Below, one piece after another: positions 40,796 through 52,205 of a DNA stretch of 57,958 bases. Position numbers and translations under genes: made by a program. The notes under the pieces are model-generated. The model had not been told where the DNA came from. It saw only the letters and a list, made by a program, of their open reading frames with translations, and did no database searches. The DNA is from Bacilli bacterium (GTDB lineage: Bacteria; Bacillota_I; Bacilli_A; RF39; UBA660). The stretch lies in the NCBI GenBank assembly GCA_051872655.1, contig JBJEEB010000006.1, positions 1 through 57,958 on the forward strand. The letters are read 5' to 3'. Positions within the stretch are counted from its first letter, which is position 1; the number at the start of each line of letters is the position of its first letter.

Positions 40796-42311
40796 ATTAC
40801 ATCCTGCTTTAATATTTTTGATTCTTACTATAGCAGTTATGATATTTAGTAGTTTGGGTAGTTTACTTAATTTAGAGTCTAGTTATTATGTTGTTAATGA
40901 GGTTACTGGTGATTTAACTACTCAGGCTGTTAATATTCATAATTTATTTAATAGAACAGGTCTTCAATATTTAATTAGTAATATGCTTAATAATTTTATT
41001 AGTTTTGCTCCTCTTGGTAATTTAATTATTGGTTTACTTGGAGTTGGTGTTGGATACAAAAGTGGATTTCTTAATTCATTATTTAAGGTTATTGGAGAAA
41101 AGGTACCTAGAAAAATTCTTACCTTTTTAGTGGTACTTCTTGGTGTTATATTTTCAATGTTTTATGAAGTTGGATATGTAATACTTATTCCACTTGCTGC
41201 AATATTATTTATGAATTTAGGTAGACATCCATCAGCAGGTATTTGTGCTGCTTTCTCTGGAATTACTTTTGGATATGGAGGAAATTTTATTGTAAATAGA
41301 TTGGATAGTATGCTTACTACTTATTCTAATAAAGCTGCTTCAATACTTGATTCTTCTTATAATGTTAATATATATGGTAATATTATTTTTACAATAGTTA
41401 GTACTATACTTATAGCTTATGTTGGTATGATGGTTACAGAAAAGTTTATTATACCTAAACTTGGTAAATATTATTTTGATGAAGAAGAACCTTCTCAAGA
41501 GGGTGAAGTTTCTAAGAAAGAAAGAAAAGGTATAGTTATAGCTTTACTTGCTACTTTGGTTGTAGGATTAATACTTATTTATTGTATTATTAAAGGACTT
41601 CCTTTCTCTGGATTATTTCTTGATCTTAGTCAAAATAGGTATGTTGATATGTTATTTGGAGAGGGTTCTTATTTTTATAAGGGTTCTGTTACTATATTTT
41701 CATTTTTACTTATATTTAGTTCTTTAATCTATGGTATTAGGGTTAAGAGTATTAAGAGTAATAGGGATTTAGTAGATGGTATGAGTTATTATTTAAAAGA
41801 TGTAGCTTCTCTTCTTGTACTTATATTTTTTGCTTCTCAGTTTTGTATGATATTTAGAGAAACTAATATTGGCTTATTTATAGTGGCTTCTTTATCAGAA
41901 TTACTTAATGCAATGCATTTATCTGGTCTTGCACTTGTAATTATTACATTTTTAATAGTGGCTTTATCTACTTTCTTTGTACCTATGGCTTCAACTAAAT
42001 GGGCTATGCTTTCTCCAGTAATTGTTCCTATGTTTATGCAAAATTCTATGACTCCTGAATTTGCTGAAGTTGTTTTTAGAGCGGGTGATTCTTGTATTAA
42101 GGGTATTACACCAATATTTAGCTATTTTGTTATATTAATAGGTTTTTTACATATTTATGATAAGAGAAAAAATGATGTTATTACTATTACTGATGCTATG
42201 TCTTTAATGATACCATATACTATAGCTTTTATAATATTATATTTTGTTATAATGTTGGCATTTTATATAATTGGTATACCTATAGGTTTTGGAACTAGTG
42301 TTATGTTATAA
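40770..42311 (+). CDS. AbgT family transporter
   Basis: HPALIF, NFISFAPLG, GRHP.AG, KWAMLSP, FRAGDS. Confidence 0.85.
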   Translation: MKMKKKRFRLHPALIFLILTIAVMIFSSLGSLLNLESSYYVVNEVTGDLTTQAVNIHNLFNRTGLQYLISNMLNNFISFAPLGNLIIGLLGVGVGYKSGFLNSLFKVIGEKVPRKILTFLVVLLGVIFSMFYEVGYVILIPLAAILFMNLGRHPSAGICAAFSGITFGYGGNFIVNRLDSMLTTYSNKAASILDSSYNVNIYGNIIFTIVSTILIAYVGMMVTEKFIIPKLGKYYFDEEEPSQEGEVSKKERKGIVIALLATLVVGLILIYCIIKGLPFSGLFLDLSQNRYVDMLFGEGSYFYKGSVTIFSFLLIFSSLIYGIRVKSIKSNRDLVDGMSYYLKDVASLLVLIFFASQFCMIFRETNIGLFIVASLSELLNAMHLSGLALVIITFLIVALSTFFVPMASTKWAMLSPVIVPMFMQNSMTPEFAEVVFRAGDSCIKGITPIFSYFVILIGFLHIYDKRKNDVITITDAMSLMIPYTIAFIILYFVIMLAFYIIGIPIGFGTSVML

Positions 42312-42337
42312 AAGTTGTACTTTAGTACAACTTTTTT
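42310..42337 (+). terminator. Terminator after the AbgT gene
   Basis: AAAAGTTGTACT-tt-AGTACAACTTTT followed by Ts. Confidence 0.7.
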
Positions 42338-42426
42338 CTTTTAATTATTTTAGTAAATTAGTATAAAGATATTTATTTTGTAGTTAATTTTTGTTATAAT
42401 AAGTGGGTAAGAAAGAAGTGATATAA

Positions 42427-43524
42427 ATGAGTTTAACTGCTGGTATTGTAGGACTTCCTAATGTTGGTAAGTCTACTTTATTTAATGCTATTACTAAAAA
42501 AAATATATTGGCCGCTAATTATCCATTTGCTACGATTGATCCTAATGTTGGAGTGGTAACTGTTCCAGATAAGAGAGTAGAAGTACTTGAGAATATGTAT
42601 CTTCCTGAAAGAACTATTCCTACTACTTATGAATTTACTGATATAGCTGGATTAGTTAAAGGAGCTAGCACTGGAGAAGGTCTAGGTAATAAGTTTTTAT
42701 CGCATATTAGACAAGTTGATGCTATTGTTGAAGTAGTTAGATGTTTTGATGATAATAATATTATTCATGTAGATGGTAGTATTGATCCTATTCGCGATAT
42801 TGAGGTTATTAATGTTGAACTTGTACTTTCTGATTTAGAAATTATTACTTCAAGAATTGGTAAGATTGGTAAAAAAGCAATGACTACTAAAAACAAGGAT
42901 GATGTTAAAGAAATTCAATTATTAGAGAAGATTAAGGATGCATTAGAGAAGAATATTCCAGTTAGAAAATTAGGGCTTAATGATGATGAAAAGAAAATTA
43001 TTAGTTCATTTAATTTAATTACTTTAAAACCTATTATATATGCACTTAATGTTAGTGAGAATGATATTGTAAATGGTAATGAGTATACTAATAGAGTATT
43101 TGAATATGCTAAAAATGAGGGTAGTGAAGTAGTTATTATTTCTGCTAAAATAGAAAGTGAACTTGCTGAACTTGATGATGATGAGAAAAGGTTATTTTTA
43201 AATGAACTTGGTATTACTTCAAGTGGTCTTGATAAACTTATTGATAAAACATATAAATTGCTTGGTCTTGCTACATTTTTTACTGTTGGTTCTGATGAGG
43301 TAAGAGCTTGGACTTTTAAAAAGGGAATGAAAGCTCCTGAATGTGCTGGTATTATTCATTCTGACTTTGAAAGAGGATTTATTAAGGCAGAAGTTATGTC
43401 TTATGATGATTTAGTAAGAGAAGGTAGTGAACTTAAAGTAAGAGAAGCAGGAAGAGCTAGAATTGAAGGAAAAGAATATGTAATGCAAGATGGTGATATT
43501 TGTCACTTTAGATTTAATGTATAG
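42427..43524 (+). CDS. ychF: Ribosome-binding ATPase YchF
   Basis: [18 protein letters not shown] domain ending FRFNV. Confidence 0.97.
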   Translation: MSLTAGIVGLPNVGKSTLFNAITKKNILAANYPFATIDPNVGVVTVPDKRVEVLENMYLPERTIPTTYEFTDIAGLVKGASTGEGLGNKFLSHIRQVDAIVEVVRCFDDNNIIHVDGSIDPIRDIEVINVELVLSDLEIITSRIGKIGKKAMTTKNKDDVKEIQLLEKIKDALEKNIPVRKLGLNDDEKKIISSFNLITLKPIIYALNVSENDIVNGNEYTNRVFEYAKNEGSEVVIISAKIESELAELDDDEKRLFLNELGITSSGLDKLIDKTYKLLGLATFFTVGSDEVRAWTFKKGMKAPECAGIIHSDFERGFIKAEVMSYDDLVREGSELKVREAGRARIEGKEYVMQDGDICHFRFNV

Positions 43525-43535
43525 AAAGGATTAAT

Positions 43536-45320
43536 ATGAGAGATAGAAAAGATATTGATGAGAAGTATACTTGGGATTTAGATGTTATTTATAGTAGTAT
43601 TGAAGACTTTAATGAAGATTATGAATTAGTACTTAGTAAGATTAATATTCTTAAGAAATACGAGAATACTATGATGGATAATAGTGATAATTTTTATAAT
43701 ACTATTAAGTTATCTTTTGAGATAGAGAGATTGCTTGATAAGTTATATTGTTATGCTAATTTATCTTTTGATTTGGATACTTCAAATAATGGTAAACAGG
43801 AATTATGTGAAAGAGTATCTAATTTAAGAAGTAATTATAGTGAGGTTAGTTATTTTATTGTACCTAGTATTTTGAAATATGATTACAGTGTTATAGAAAA
43901 GTATATGGAAGAAAATAATAGTATTAGAGATTATGAAGTATCTATTAAAGAAATATATAGATATAAAGAACATACTTTAAGTGATGCGGAAGAAAGAATA
44001 TTATCTAGTATTGGTAAAATAGTGGGTAATTGTTACGATACTTATGAGTTACTTAAGGACTGTGATATGTCTTTTGGTAAAATTAAAGATGAAGAGGGAA
44101 AAAATGTAGAAATTAATAATAGTAATTATAGTTTATATATTGAGAGTAAAGATAGAAAAGTAAGAAAAAGTGCTTTTAAGACTTTATATAAAGAATATAA
44201 AAAATATACTAATACTTTTGCTTCATTAATATCTTCAAATATGAAAGAATTATCTACTTTAGCTAAACTAAATAAATATAATAGTGCTATAGAGATGAGT
44301 TTATATGCTGATGATGTAGATATTAAAGTATATAATAATTTGATTGATAGTGTACATAATCATATTAATTATATTTATGATTATTATAAATTAAAAAAAG
44401 AAATACTTGGAGTTGATAAGCTTCATTTATATGATATATATGTACCAATAGGTAATAGTTTTGATAGAAAATATAGTTATGATGAAGCAGAAGAGACTAT
44501 ACTTAAAGTATTATCTATATTTGGTGATGAATATATAAATAAGGTAAAAGAAGCTCTTAATAGTAGATGGATAGATGTATATCCTACTAAAAATAAGAGA
44601 ACTGGTGGATACTCTGGTGGTAGTTATGATACTTATCCTTATATACTTCTTAATTATCAAGATAAATATAATGATATGTCAACATTAATTCATGAGATGG
44701 GACATTCTATGCATAGTTATTATTCTAGAACTTATAATGATTATCAAAATAGTGAATATAAAATCTTTGTAGCGGAAGTTGCTTCAACAGTTAATGAGTT
44801 GTTACTTAGTCATTATTTATTGGAAAATAGTAATAATAAAGAAGAAAAGATGTATATTCTTAATAATTTAATGGAATTATATAGGGCTACTATATACAGA
44901 CAAACCATGTTTGCTGAATTTGAAAGAGATATATCTAGCATTATTGATAAAGAAGAGGCTCTTACTGCTGATAAATTATCTAGTATCTACTACGAATTAA
45001 ATAAATTTTATTTTGGTAATGATGTAGTAGTAGATGATGAGATTAGATATGAATGGGAGAGAATACCTCATTTCTATTATAATTTTTATGTATATAAATA
45101 TGCTACTGGTCTTAGTGCTGCTACTGCTATTGTAAAAGGTATATTAGATGGTAAAGATAATGCAGTAGATAATTATATTAATTTCTTAAAATGTGGTTCT
45201 AGATTATCTCCAATTGAATCACTTAAAGTAGCTGGAGTTGATTTGACTGATAGTAGTGTAGTTGATATTGCTTTGGAAGAATTTAAAAATATATTAGATA
45301 TGTATAAAAATATAATATAA
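43536..45320 (+). CDS. pepF: Oligoendopeptidase F (M3B)
   Basis: TWDL, HEMGHSMH, AEVAST, YVYKYATG. Confidence 0.95.
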   Translation: MRDRKDIDEKYTWDLDVIYSSIEDFNEDYELVLSKINILKKYENTMMDNSDNFYNTIKLSFEIERLLDKLYCYANLSFDLDTSNNGKQELCERVSNLRSNYSEVSYFIVPSILKYDYSVIEKYMEENNSIRDYEVSIKEIYRYKEHTLSDAEERILSSIGKIVGNCYDTYELLKDCDMSFGKIKDEEGKNVEINNSNYSLYIESKDRKVRKSAFKTLYKEYKKYTNTFASLISSNMKELSTLAKLNKYNSAIEMSLYADDVDIKVYNNLIDSVHNHINYIYDYYKLKKEILGVDKLHLYDIYVPIGNSFDRKYSYDEAEETILKVLSIFGDEYINKVKEALNSRWIDVYPTKNKRTGGYSGGSYDTYPYILLNYQDKYNDMSTLIHEMGHSMHSYYSRTYNDYQNSEYKIFVAEVASTVNELLLSHYLLENSNNKEEKMYILNNLMELYRATIYRQTMFAEFERDISSIIDKEEALTADKLSSIYYELNKFYFGNDVVVDDEIRYEWERIPHFYYNFYVYKYATGLSAATAIVKGILDGKDNAVDNYINFLKCGSRLSPIESLKVAGVDLTDSSVVDIALEEFKNILDMYKNII

Positions 45321-45321
45321 A

Positions 45322-45400
45322 AAAGAGACAATTTTATTGTCTCTTTAGTACTTACAAAATGCTGATTTAATAAAAAATACCTTACATAAAGGTATCTTTT
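45322..45400. terminator. Two terminator-like hairpins between pepF and the convergent gene
   Basis: AAAGAGACAA-tttta-TTGTCTCTTT and ATACCTT-acata-AAGGTAT flanked by A/T runs. Confidence 0.6.
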
Positions 45401-45424
45401 TGACTTTTATACAATAAAATTATT

Positions 45425-45478
45425 TCATTTAAAGACTACAGGCTTTAAATGACAGTGAGAGACCTTAGGCTCGAACTG
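45425..45478 (+). other. Twin-hairpin element, copy 2
   Basis: TCATTTAAAG-ACTACAGG-CTTTAAATGA then CAGTgaGAG-ACCTTAGG-CTCgaACTG. Confidence 0.75.
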
Positions 45479-45484
45479 ATATTA

Positions 45485-45895
45485 TTATTTAACACTTCTT
45501 AGATAAGCAACTAAATTATTAGCATGGTTATAGTAGGTAGTATTATTATTTGATTTTAGTACTATACTATCATTATCAATTATTTGTATATCTATTTTTT
45601 GCATCACATTATTGTTATCATATCTTACACTAATGGTATCATAACATATATCGTTGTTACCAGTCCAAGGACCATTATTTGATAGTTCTTTCCAATATGT
45701 ATCTATTTTATTTAATACTTCTTTATTTAATATAGTTTCAGTATTATTACAATCTACATAATAGATATCGTAGTTATTAGTATTTAATATATCTTTAGTC
45801 CAATTACTATTTTGTTTATTTATTAATATCAATACTATTATTCCTAGAAAGATTAGAATTGTAACTCCTATTACAATATAATTTTTTTTAGTCAT
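45485..45895 (-). CDS. Hypothetical membrane-anchored protein
   Basis: N-terminal TM helix, AGGAGG RBS, two cysteines. Confidence 0.75.
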   Translation of the reverse strand: MTKKNYIVIGVTILIFLGIIVLILINKQNSNWTKDILNTNNYDIYYVDCNNTETILNKEVLNKIDTYWKELSNNGPWTGNNDICYDTISVRYDNNNVMQKIDIQIIDNDSIVLKSNNNTTYYNHANNLVAYLRSVK

Positions 45896-46010
45896 ATATC
45901 CTCCTTATGTTCTAACTTAATATTATCATTTAGAAAAAATTGTGTCAATAATTTTAATATAGATATTTCTTTTTCTGTCAAATTAATGTATACTTATAAT
46001 AGGTGATTAG

Positions 46011-47100
46011 ATGGAACTTTATGAATTAAAAAGAGAATATAAATTACTTGAAGATAAAATTAATAATCTTAGGAGGTCTCTTTGACTTAGATGGTAAGAT
46101 AAAAAGAGTAGAAGAAATTAATAATTTAATGTTAGAAGGTTCTTTTTGGGATGATAGAGAGACTTCTGATAGATTAGTTAGTGAACTTAAATATGATAAG
46201 AATATTATTGATAATATTAATGATTTAAGTAATAAACTATCTAGTAATATTAGTATGCTTAATGATATTAAGAGTGATGATACTGAGTTATTGTCTTTGG
46301 TAGAAGAAGATTATTATGATATTAGTAGATTAATTGAAAAAGCTACTCTTGATACTTATTTAAGTGGTGAATATGATAATAATAATGTTATTATGGAAAT
46401 TCATGCTGGAGCAGGTGGTACTGAATCTTGTGACTGGGCTATGATGCTATATAGAATGTATACTAGATATGCTAGTAAGAATAATTATTCTATTATTGAA
46501 CTTGATAGGCAAGATGGTGAAGAAGCTGGTATTAAGTCAGTTATGTTTCAGATTAATGGACCTTTAGCGTATGGTTATTTAAAACATGAAAAGGGTGTAC
46601 ATAGACTAGTTAGAATTAGTCCATTTGATGCTAATAAGAGGAGACATACTTCATTTGCTGCGGTGGATGTAATGCCTGAGATTAATAATAAAATTAATAT
46701 AGAAATTAATGATAGTGATATTAGAGTGGATATTTATCGTAGTAGTGGTCCTGGTGGACAAGGTGTAAATACTACTGATAGCGCTGTTAGAATTACACAT
46801 ATTCCTACTGGTATTGTTGTTACTTGTCAGAATGAAAGAAGTCAGATTAGAAATAAGGAAAAGGCATTAGAGGTACTTAAAGGAAAACTTTTATTACTTG
46901 AAGAGGAAAAACAAAATGAAAAATTAAATGGTATAAAGGGTGAACAATTATCTAATGGATGGGGTAGTGCTAAAAGAAGTTATGTAATGCAACCTTATAC
47001 TTTGATTAAGGATAATATTAGTGGTTATGAAAGTAGTAATGTTAATGCTATATTAGATGGTGAGATAGAAGAAATGTTAGAATATGGTATAAAAGAATAA
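46011..47100 (+). CDS. prfB: Peptide chain release factor 2 with programmed +1 frameshift
   Basis: 24-codon ORF from ATG 46011 ending AGGAGG-TCT-CTT-TGA-C (TGA 46083-46085); SPF and GGQ motifs in the +1 frame. Confidence 0.96.
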
Positions 47101-47114
47101 AAGGGTGAATTATT

Positions 47115-48017
47115 ATGGGAATATTAGATTATTTTAGAAAGAAAAAAGTTGATAGTATTGTAGACAAAGTAAATAAGAAAAATATTGGTAAGAGATATTG
47201 TATGCTTATTCTTGGTACTTTAATAGTGGCTTTTTCTTTTAATTTATTCTTTTTGAGATATAATTTAGCTTGTTTTGGAGTAAGTGGTATATCTATTATA
47301 CTTAGTAAGTTTGGAGTTAATCCATCTATATTTATCTTAGTATGTAATATTTTACTTATGATACTTGCTTATTTTACTTTAGGTCTTGAAAATACTAAAA
47401 ATCAATTAGTAGGAGCTGTTATATATCCAATATTAGTACAACTTACTAGTTATATTACTAAATATATTGATTTAGGTGATACTGAAATGATTGTTATTGC
47501 AGTAGTTGGAGGAGTACTAGCGGGTATTGGATATGGTCTTATATATAAAAGTAATTTTTCTACTGGTGGTACTGATGTTATTGTGGGTATTATTCATAAG
47601 TATTTGAAGATGTCTATGGGAAATGCTGGCCTTATAGTAAATGGTTCTATTATATTACTTGGAAAACTTGTTTTTGGATGGAATATAGTACTTTATGCTA
47701 TTTTGGTTTCTTACTTGATATCTATATTTACTGATAAGGTATTACTTGGTATATCTAAAAGTAAAGCTTTTTATATAGTTGTTGATAAAGAAAAAGATGA
47801 TATGGTAAGAGATTTTCTTATTTCACTTCCTGATGTGGGAGCCACTATTATTGATGCAGAAGGAGGATACTCTAATGATGAAGAAACTCTATTATTAGCG
47901 GTTGTTCCTACAAGAAGTTATTTTATTGTTAAAGAAGGATTAAAAGAAATAGATGATAATATATTTTTCTTAGTTTGTGATTCATATGAAGTTAGTGATA
48001 AAGGTGATTTGTCATGA
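47115..48017 (+). CDS. YitT family membrane protein
   Basis: STGGTD, GATII..GGYS, EIDDNIF. Confidence 0.85.
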   Translation: MGILDYFRKKKVDSIVDKVNKKNIGKRYCMLILGTLIVAFSFNLFFLRYNLACFGVSGISIILSKFGVNPSIFILVCNILLMILAYFTLGLENTKNQLVGAVIYPILVQLTSYITKYIDLGDTEMIVIAVVGGVLAGIGYGLIYKSNFSTGGTDVIVGIIHKYLKMSMGNAGLIVNGSIILLGKLVFGWNIVLYAILVSYLISIFTDKVLLGISKSKAFYIVVDKEKDDMVRDFLISLPDVGATIIDAEGGYSNDEETLLLAVVPTRSYFIVKEGLKEIDDNIFFLVCDSYEVSDKGDLS

Positions 48018-48895
48018 CTTTGAATAAGAGAAAAAAATTTAATACTAAGAGATTAGAGAAGACTATTAAAAATAAGAATACTTATTATAATTTCTTTCTA
48101 TTTATGATGGGTATGGCTATTAGTGCTATTTCTGTTAGTGTATTTTATTCTCCTAATGGTGTTGTTACTACTGGTAGTACTGGACTAGCTATTATTCTTA
48201 ATAAATATTTGAATATTGATTTATCTTTATTAGTACTTTGTTTATCTTCAATATTATTAGTTTTATCTTTTTTGATATTTGGAGTTAATTATGGTTCTAA
48301 ACATATTTTAGGTACAATATTATTTCCAATATTTATTAAGAGTGCTACTTTAATTAATGAATTTATTGATTTTAAAGATACTTCTTTATTTTTACTTATT
48401 ATTATAGGTAGTGTACTTTCTGGAATAGGATTTGGTTTAGTAAAAAGAAGTAATTATAGTTTGGGTGGATTTTATGTACTATATGATATTATTAATCAAA
48501 AATTAAAAATATCTATAGGTAAGGCTAGTTTAATATGTAATAGCTTACTTATTATTTTTAGCATATTTACTTTTGGTATTAGTAAATGTATTTATGCAAT
48601 GATTGGTTTATATGTGGCTAGTTATGTTGGTGATAAAATTATGCTTGGTATTTCTAATAATAAAGCTTTTTACATTGTTACTAGGAAGTCTTTTGAAGTT
48701 AGAGATTATATTATAAATAATCTAAATCATACTGTTACAGTCGTTACTGCTAGAGGGGGATATTCTGATAGAAAGAAGAAAATGTTACTTTGTGTAATAC
48801 CTACAGTAGAATATGTAAAAATGAAGGAAGTAATTAAAGCAATTGATGATAAGGCATTCTTTTTAATTACGGATTGTTATAGTGTATCTAAATAG
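48014..48895 (+). CDS. YitT family membrane protein (paralogue)
   Basis: SLGG, VTVVTARGGYS, IDDKAF. Confidence 0.83.
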   Translation: MTLNKRKKFNTKRLEKTIKNKNTYYNFFLFMMGMAISAISVSVFYSPNGVVTTGSTGLAIILNKYLNIDLSLLVLCLSSILLVLSFLIFGVNYGSKHILGTILFPIFIKSATLINEFIDFKDTSLFLLIIIGSVLSGIGFGLVKRSNYSLGGFYVLYDIINQKLKISIGKASLICNSLLIIFSIFTFGISKCIYAMIGLYVASYVGDKIMLGISNNKAFYIVTRKSFEVRDYIINNLNHTVTVVTARGGYSDRKKKMLLCVIPTVEYVKMKEVIKAIDDKAFFLITDCYSVSK

Positions 48896-48980
48896 GAAAT
48901 TTATGTAAATTTGTTTATAGTTGTTTTAAAAAATGATAAATAATGGTATAATTATTTATACAGATATGGAGGAGTTTGAT

Positions 48981-49676
48981 GTGGAGTTAATTAGAATTAG
49001 CGATGTTCAAAAGACATATAAAACTGGTACTGTTGCTTTATATGATTTAAACCTTAGTATAAAAAAAGGTGAATTTGTATTTGTAATAGGTGCTTCAGGT
49101 AGTGGTAAATCTACTTTGATTAAGATGTTATATAGAGAAGAAAAACCTGATAAAGGTTCTATTATAATAGGTGGTATTAATGTAGCAAAACTTAGAAATA
49201 GAAAAGTTTATGCTTTAAGAAGAAAGTTAGGAGTTGTCTTTCAAGACTTTAAATTATTACCTAAACTTACAGTATATGAAAATGTTGCTTTTGCTATGGA
49301 GGTATTAGGATACGATAAAAAAGAAATTCATAAGAGAGTAATGGAAGTTCTTGATTTAGTTGGACTTAAAAATAAAGTTAGACAATTTCCTGATCAGTTG
49401 TCTGGTGGTGAACAGCAGAGAGTAGTTATTGCTAGGGCGATTGTTAATAAACCTAAATTACTTATTTGCGATGAACCTACTGGTAATTTAGATCCTGATA
49501 CTTCAATGGAAATAATGAAAGTACTTGATGAAATTAATGCTATGGGAACTACTATTATAATGGCAACTCATGATAGAGATATTGTTGATAGAATGAAGAA
49601 GAGAGTTATTTTACTTGATAGAGGAAGACTTGCAAAAGATATAGAGAAAGGAAGCTATTGTAATGAAAGGTTTTAG
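48981..49676 (+). CDS. ftsE: Cell division ATP-binding protein FtsE
   Basis: GASGSGKST, VFQDFKLL, LSGGEQQR, DEPTGNLDP; GTG 48981 after GGAGG. Confidence 0.94.
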   Translation: MELIRISDVQKTYKTGTVALYDLNLSIKKGEFVFVIGASGSGKSTLIKMLYREEKPDKGSIIIGGINVAKLRNRKVYALRRKLGVVFQDFKLLPKLTVYENVAFAMEVLGYDKKEIHKRVMEVLDLVGLKNKVRQFPDQLSGGEQQRVVIARAIVNKPKLLICDEPTGNLDPDTSMEIMKVLDEINAMGTTIIMATHDRDIVDRMKKRVILLDRGRLAKDIEKGSYCNERF

Positions 49677-50583
49677 AAGTATAAAAAGATATTTTAGAGA
49701 TGCATTACATGGAGTATTTAGAAACTTTCCTCTATCACTAGCTTCAATATCTTGTATTACTATTACTTTAATTGTAGTAGCAGTATCTCTAATTTTATCT
49801 TATAATGTTGAACATTTTTCTGATTCTATTAGAAAAGATGTAACTGTTGTTATGTTTTTGAAAAAAGAAACTACTAAGGAAGATTTAGATAAGATAAAAA
49901 AAGAATTAGAAAGTATTGAAAATATTGAAAATAGTAGTATTGTACTTAAAACTAAGGATGAATCCGCTAAAGAATTAAAAGAACAAAATGAAATATTTGC
50001 TACTACTGTTGATAGATGGACTAATGAGACTAATCCACTGCTTGACAGTTATATGTTTAAAGTAAAAGATATTGTTAAGATTGATGATACTGTTAAGGAA
50101 GTAAAAAATTTATCTTTTTCAAAAGATAAAATTAATAATATTAATTATGGAGAAGATATTGTTCATCAATTAGTAGAAGTATTTAATGTGGTAAAGAAGA
50201 TATGTATAGTAGCAGTTGCTTCACTAGTTCTTGTTACTGCATTCTTAATAGCAAATACTATTAAACTTGCTATTTATTCAAGAAAAAGAGAAATTGAAAT
50301 AATGAGGTTAGTTGGAGCTTCAAATATTTCAATTAAGATACCATTTATTATTGAAGGCTTATTTATTGGTATTCTTGGTTCTGTTATTCCAATACTTATT
50401 ACCATATTTGGATATACTTCACTATTTAATTATTTTGGTGGTAAGTTATTTGGATCTGGTCTTGCATCACTAGTTAATCCTATGCCATTTGTATATCAAG
50501 TATCTGGTGTTCTTTTAGTAATTGGTATAGTTGTTGGTATGCTAGGTAGTTATCAAGCTGTAAGGAAATACTTGAAAATATAG
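49663..50583 (+). CDS. ftsX: Cell division permease FtsX
   Basis: Four TM helices, NPL, NTIKL..SRKREIEIMRLVGA. Confidence 0.93.
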   Translation: MKGFRSIKRYFRDALHGVFRNFPLSLASISCITITLIVVAVSLILSYNVEHFSDSIRKDVTVVMFLKKETTKEDLDKIKKELESIENIENSSIVLKTKDESAKELKEQNEIFATTVDRWTNETNPLLDSYMFKVKDIVKIDDTVKEVKNLSFSKDKINNINYGEDIVHQLVEVFNVVKKICIVAVASLVLVTAFLIANTIKLAIYSRKREIEIMRLVGASNISIKIPFIIEGLFIGILGSVIPILITIFGYTSLFNYFGGKLFGSGLASLVNPMPFVYQVSGVLLVIGIVVGMLGSYQAVRKYLKI

Positions 50584-50967
50584 TATTTCTTTTTTTATCC
50601 ACAGAGCGGTTAAATAATAGCTTACCAACTACAATGCTCTCTTTCTAAAAATATTGTATATCAAATATTATTAAAAGTGGATACTTATATCTTTTAAAAA
50701 AATATAATTTAAAATAAATTATGTTTTATAATTAGTAATATAAATTTAAATAATAGACAAAAAAGTTAAAAACACGATAAAAAATCACATTGTATTCTTT
50801 TAAAAACTTAACATAGTATAAAGATTATAAAATTATGCAACTTTATCAAAAATAATTCTACAATCAAATTTAAATCTAATGTAAATAAGATGACGATCAA
50901 GTGAAAAAAATTAGTGAACACTTGAAAATATGTTATAATTAATTTAGCATATAGGAGGATAATTATA

Positions 50968-52065
50968 ATGAAATATAATAGAAATTTAGAAATAATATTG
51001 AATAGAATTAAGAATGAAACTAAAGATTTTGTAAAAATTTTCTCATCTTCTTTTCCAAAAAGAATGAAATTATATGAAAATAAACAAAAATATATAATTA
51101 CAAAAGATACTCCTACTGAAAGATTCTTTTATACAGAAGAAGAAAAGAAAAAATATTCAAATGAACATGATAAATATTTTTGTTATATAATAGAAAAATT
51201 CGTAACAACAATACAAGAAAAAAATCCCAACTTTGATTTATCTAATTTTTATAGTAAATTTGATGATATAATGTTTTATGACATTAAATCTTCTGGGGTT
51301 TATATTGGTGGAACGTACATTCATATTGGTGGATTTTATAGTTCAATGTTTAATGTAATAGTAAATCGTGAGCATTCAGATAATAAAGATAAAGTAGTTA
51401 CTCATGAATTATTACATGCAGCTTCTTCTAAAAATTGTTTTTTATTTGGGTTTTATAATGGTCTTATAAAAACTGGTAGGTGGCTAAATGAAGGTTATAC
51501 TGAATTATTAAATAACAGATATTTTGATAGCAATTTTGGTTTTTCATATCCTAGCGAAGTTTTTCTTATGAATAAACTAGAACATATTATTGGAAAAGAA
51601 AAAATGGAACATTTATATATAAATAGTGATTTAAAAGGATTAATTAATGAAATAAATAAATATTTAAGTAAAAAACAAACATGGTCATTTATTAGAGGAA
51701 AAAATATATCAAAAAGATTATTATATTTACAAAAAATGAGTATTAATAAAAGTAAAAATGAAAATAAACCAATCGATAATTTATTTATTTCACAAATACA
51801 AAGTGTCTTTTCAACTATACAAAACAGAAATCTAATGAAAAAAATTCTAGAAATTTATATTCCTAGAAAATCATATATATCTCTTTTACAAGCTAATTTA
51901 AGCAATAATGATGAATCTAATATAAATGAATTATCAACTAAAAAAAATGCAAAAGTATATAGCAAAAAACGTGGCTTTGCAACTATAACTGCTTTGATTA
52001 CTTTATTATCAATAATTCTAGGTGCAGTAATTATTTTTATAATTATAAATAATCTTTTGATATAA
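50968..52065 (+). CDS. Putative zinc metallopeptidase-like protein with a C-terminal membrane tail
   Basis: THELLH...LNEGYTE gluzincin-like motif; C-terminal KKRGF plus hydrophobic helix; AGGAGG RBS. Confidence 0.65.
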   Translation: MKYNRNLEIILNRIKNETKDFVKIFSSSFPKRMKLYENKQKYIITKDTPTERFFYTEEEKKKYSNEHDKYFCYIIEKFVTTIQEKNPNFDLSNFYSKFDDIMFYDIKSSGVYIGGTYIHIGGFYSSMFNVIVNREHSDNKDKVVTHELLHAASSKNCFLFGFYNGLIKTGRWLNEGYTELLNNRYFDSNFGFSYPSEVFLMNKLEHIIGKEKMEHLYINSDLKGLINEINKYLSKKQTWSFIRGKNISKRLLYLQKMSINKSKNENKPIDNLFISQIQSVFSTIQNRNLMKKILEIYIPRKSYISLLQANLSNNDESNINELSTKKNAKVYSKKRGFATITALITLLSIILGAVIIFIIINNLLI

Positions 52066-52205
52066 AGTTAGTATGTGACCTGATGTCAAAAAAAGACATA
52101 TTAGATTTAATAAATAATTTTGAAATTGAAACATGAAAAACAAATAAAAGCTTATGAACTTTAGTTCGTATATTGTTTTGAAATGAAACTCTTGATATAA
52201 TAAAA

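Noticed and set aside
46048-46082. TTG start at 46048 for RF2
   Set aside because: Explained by the programmed frameshift from ATG 46011
50595-50603. Perfect DnaA box TTATCCACA after ftsX
   Set aside because: A single isolated 9-mer with no cluster; not enough to call a site
52070-52100. Possible IS end remnant (TGTGACCTGATGTCAAAAAAAGACAT)
   Set aside because: No partner inverted repeat, target duplication or transposase is visible
52155-52168. LexA (Cheo) box-like TGAACTTTAGTTCG
   Set aside because: Lies between convergent gene ends about 2 kb from dinB; equally explained as a small hairpin
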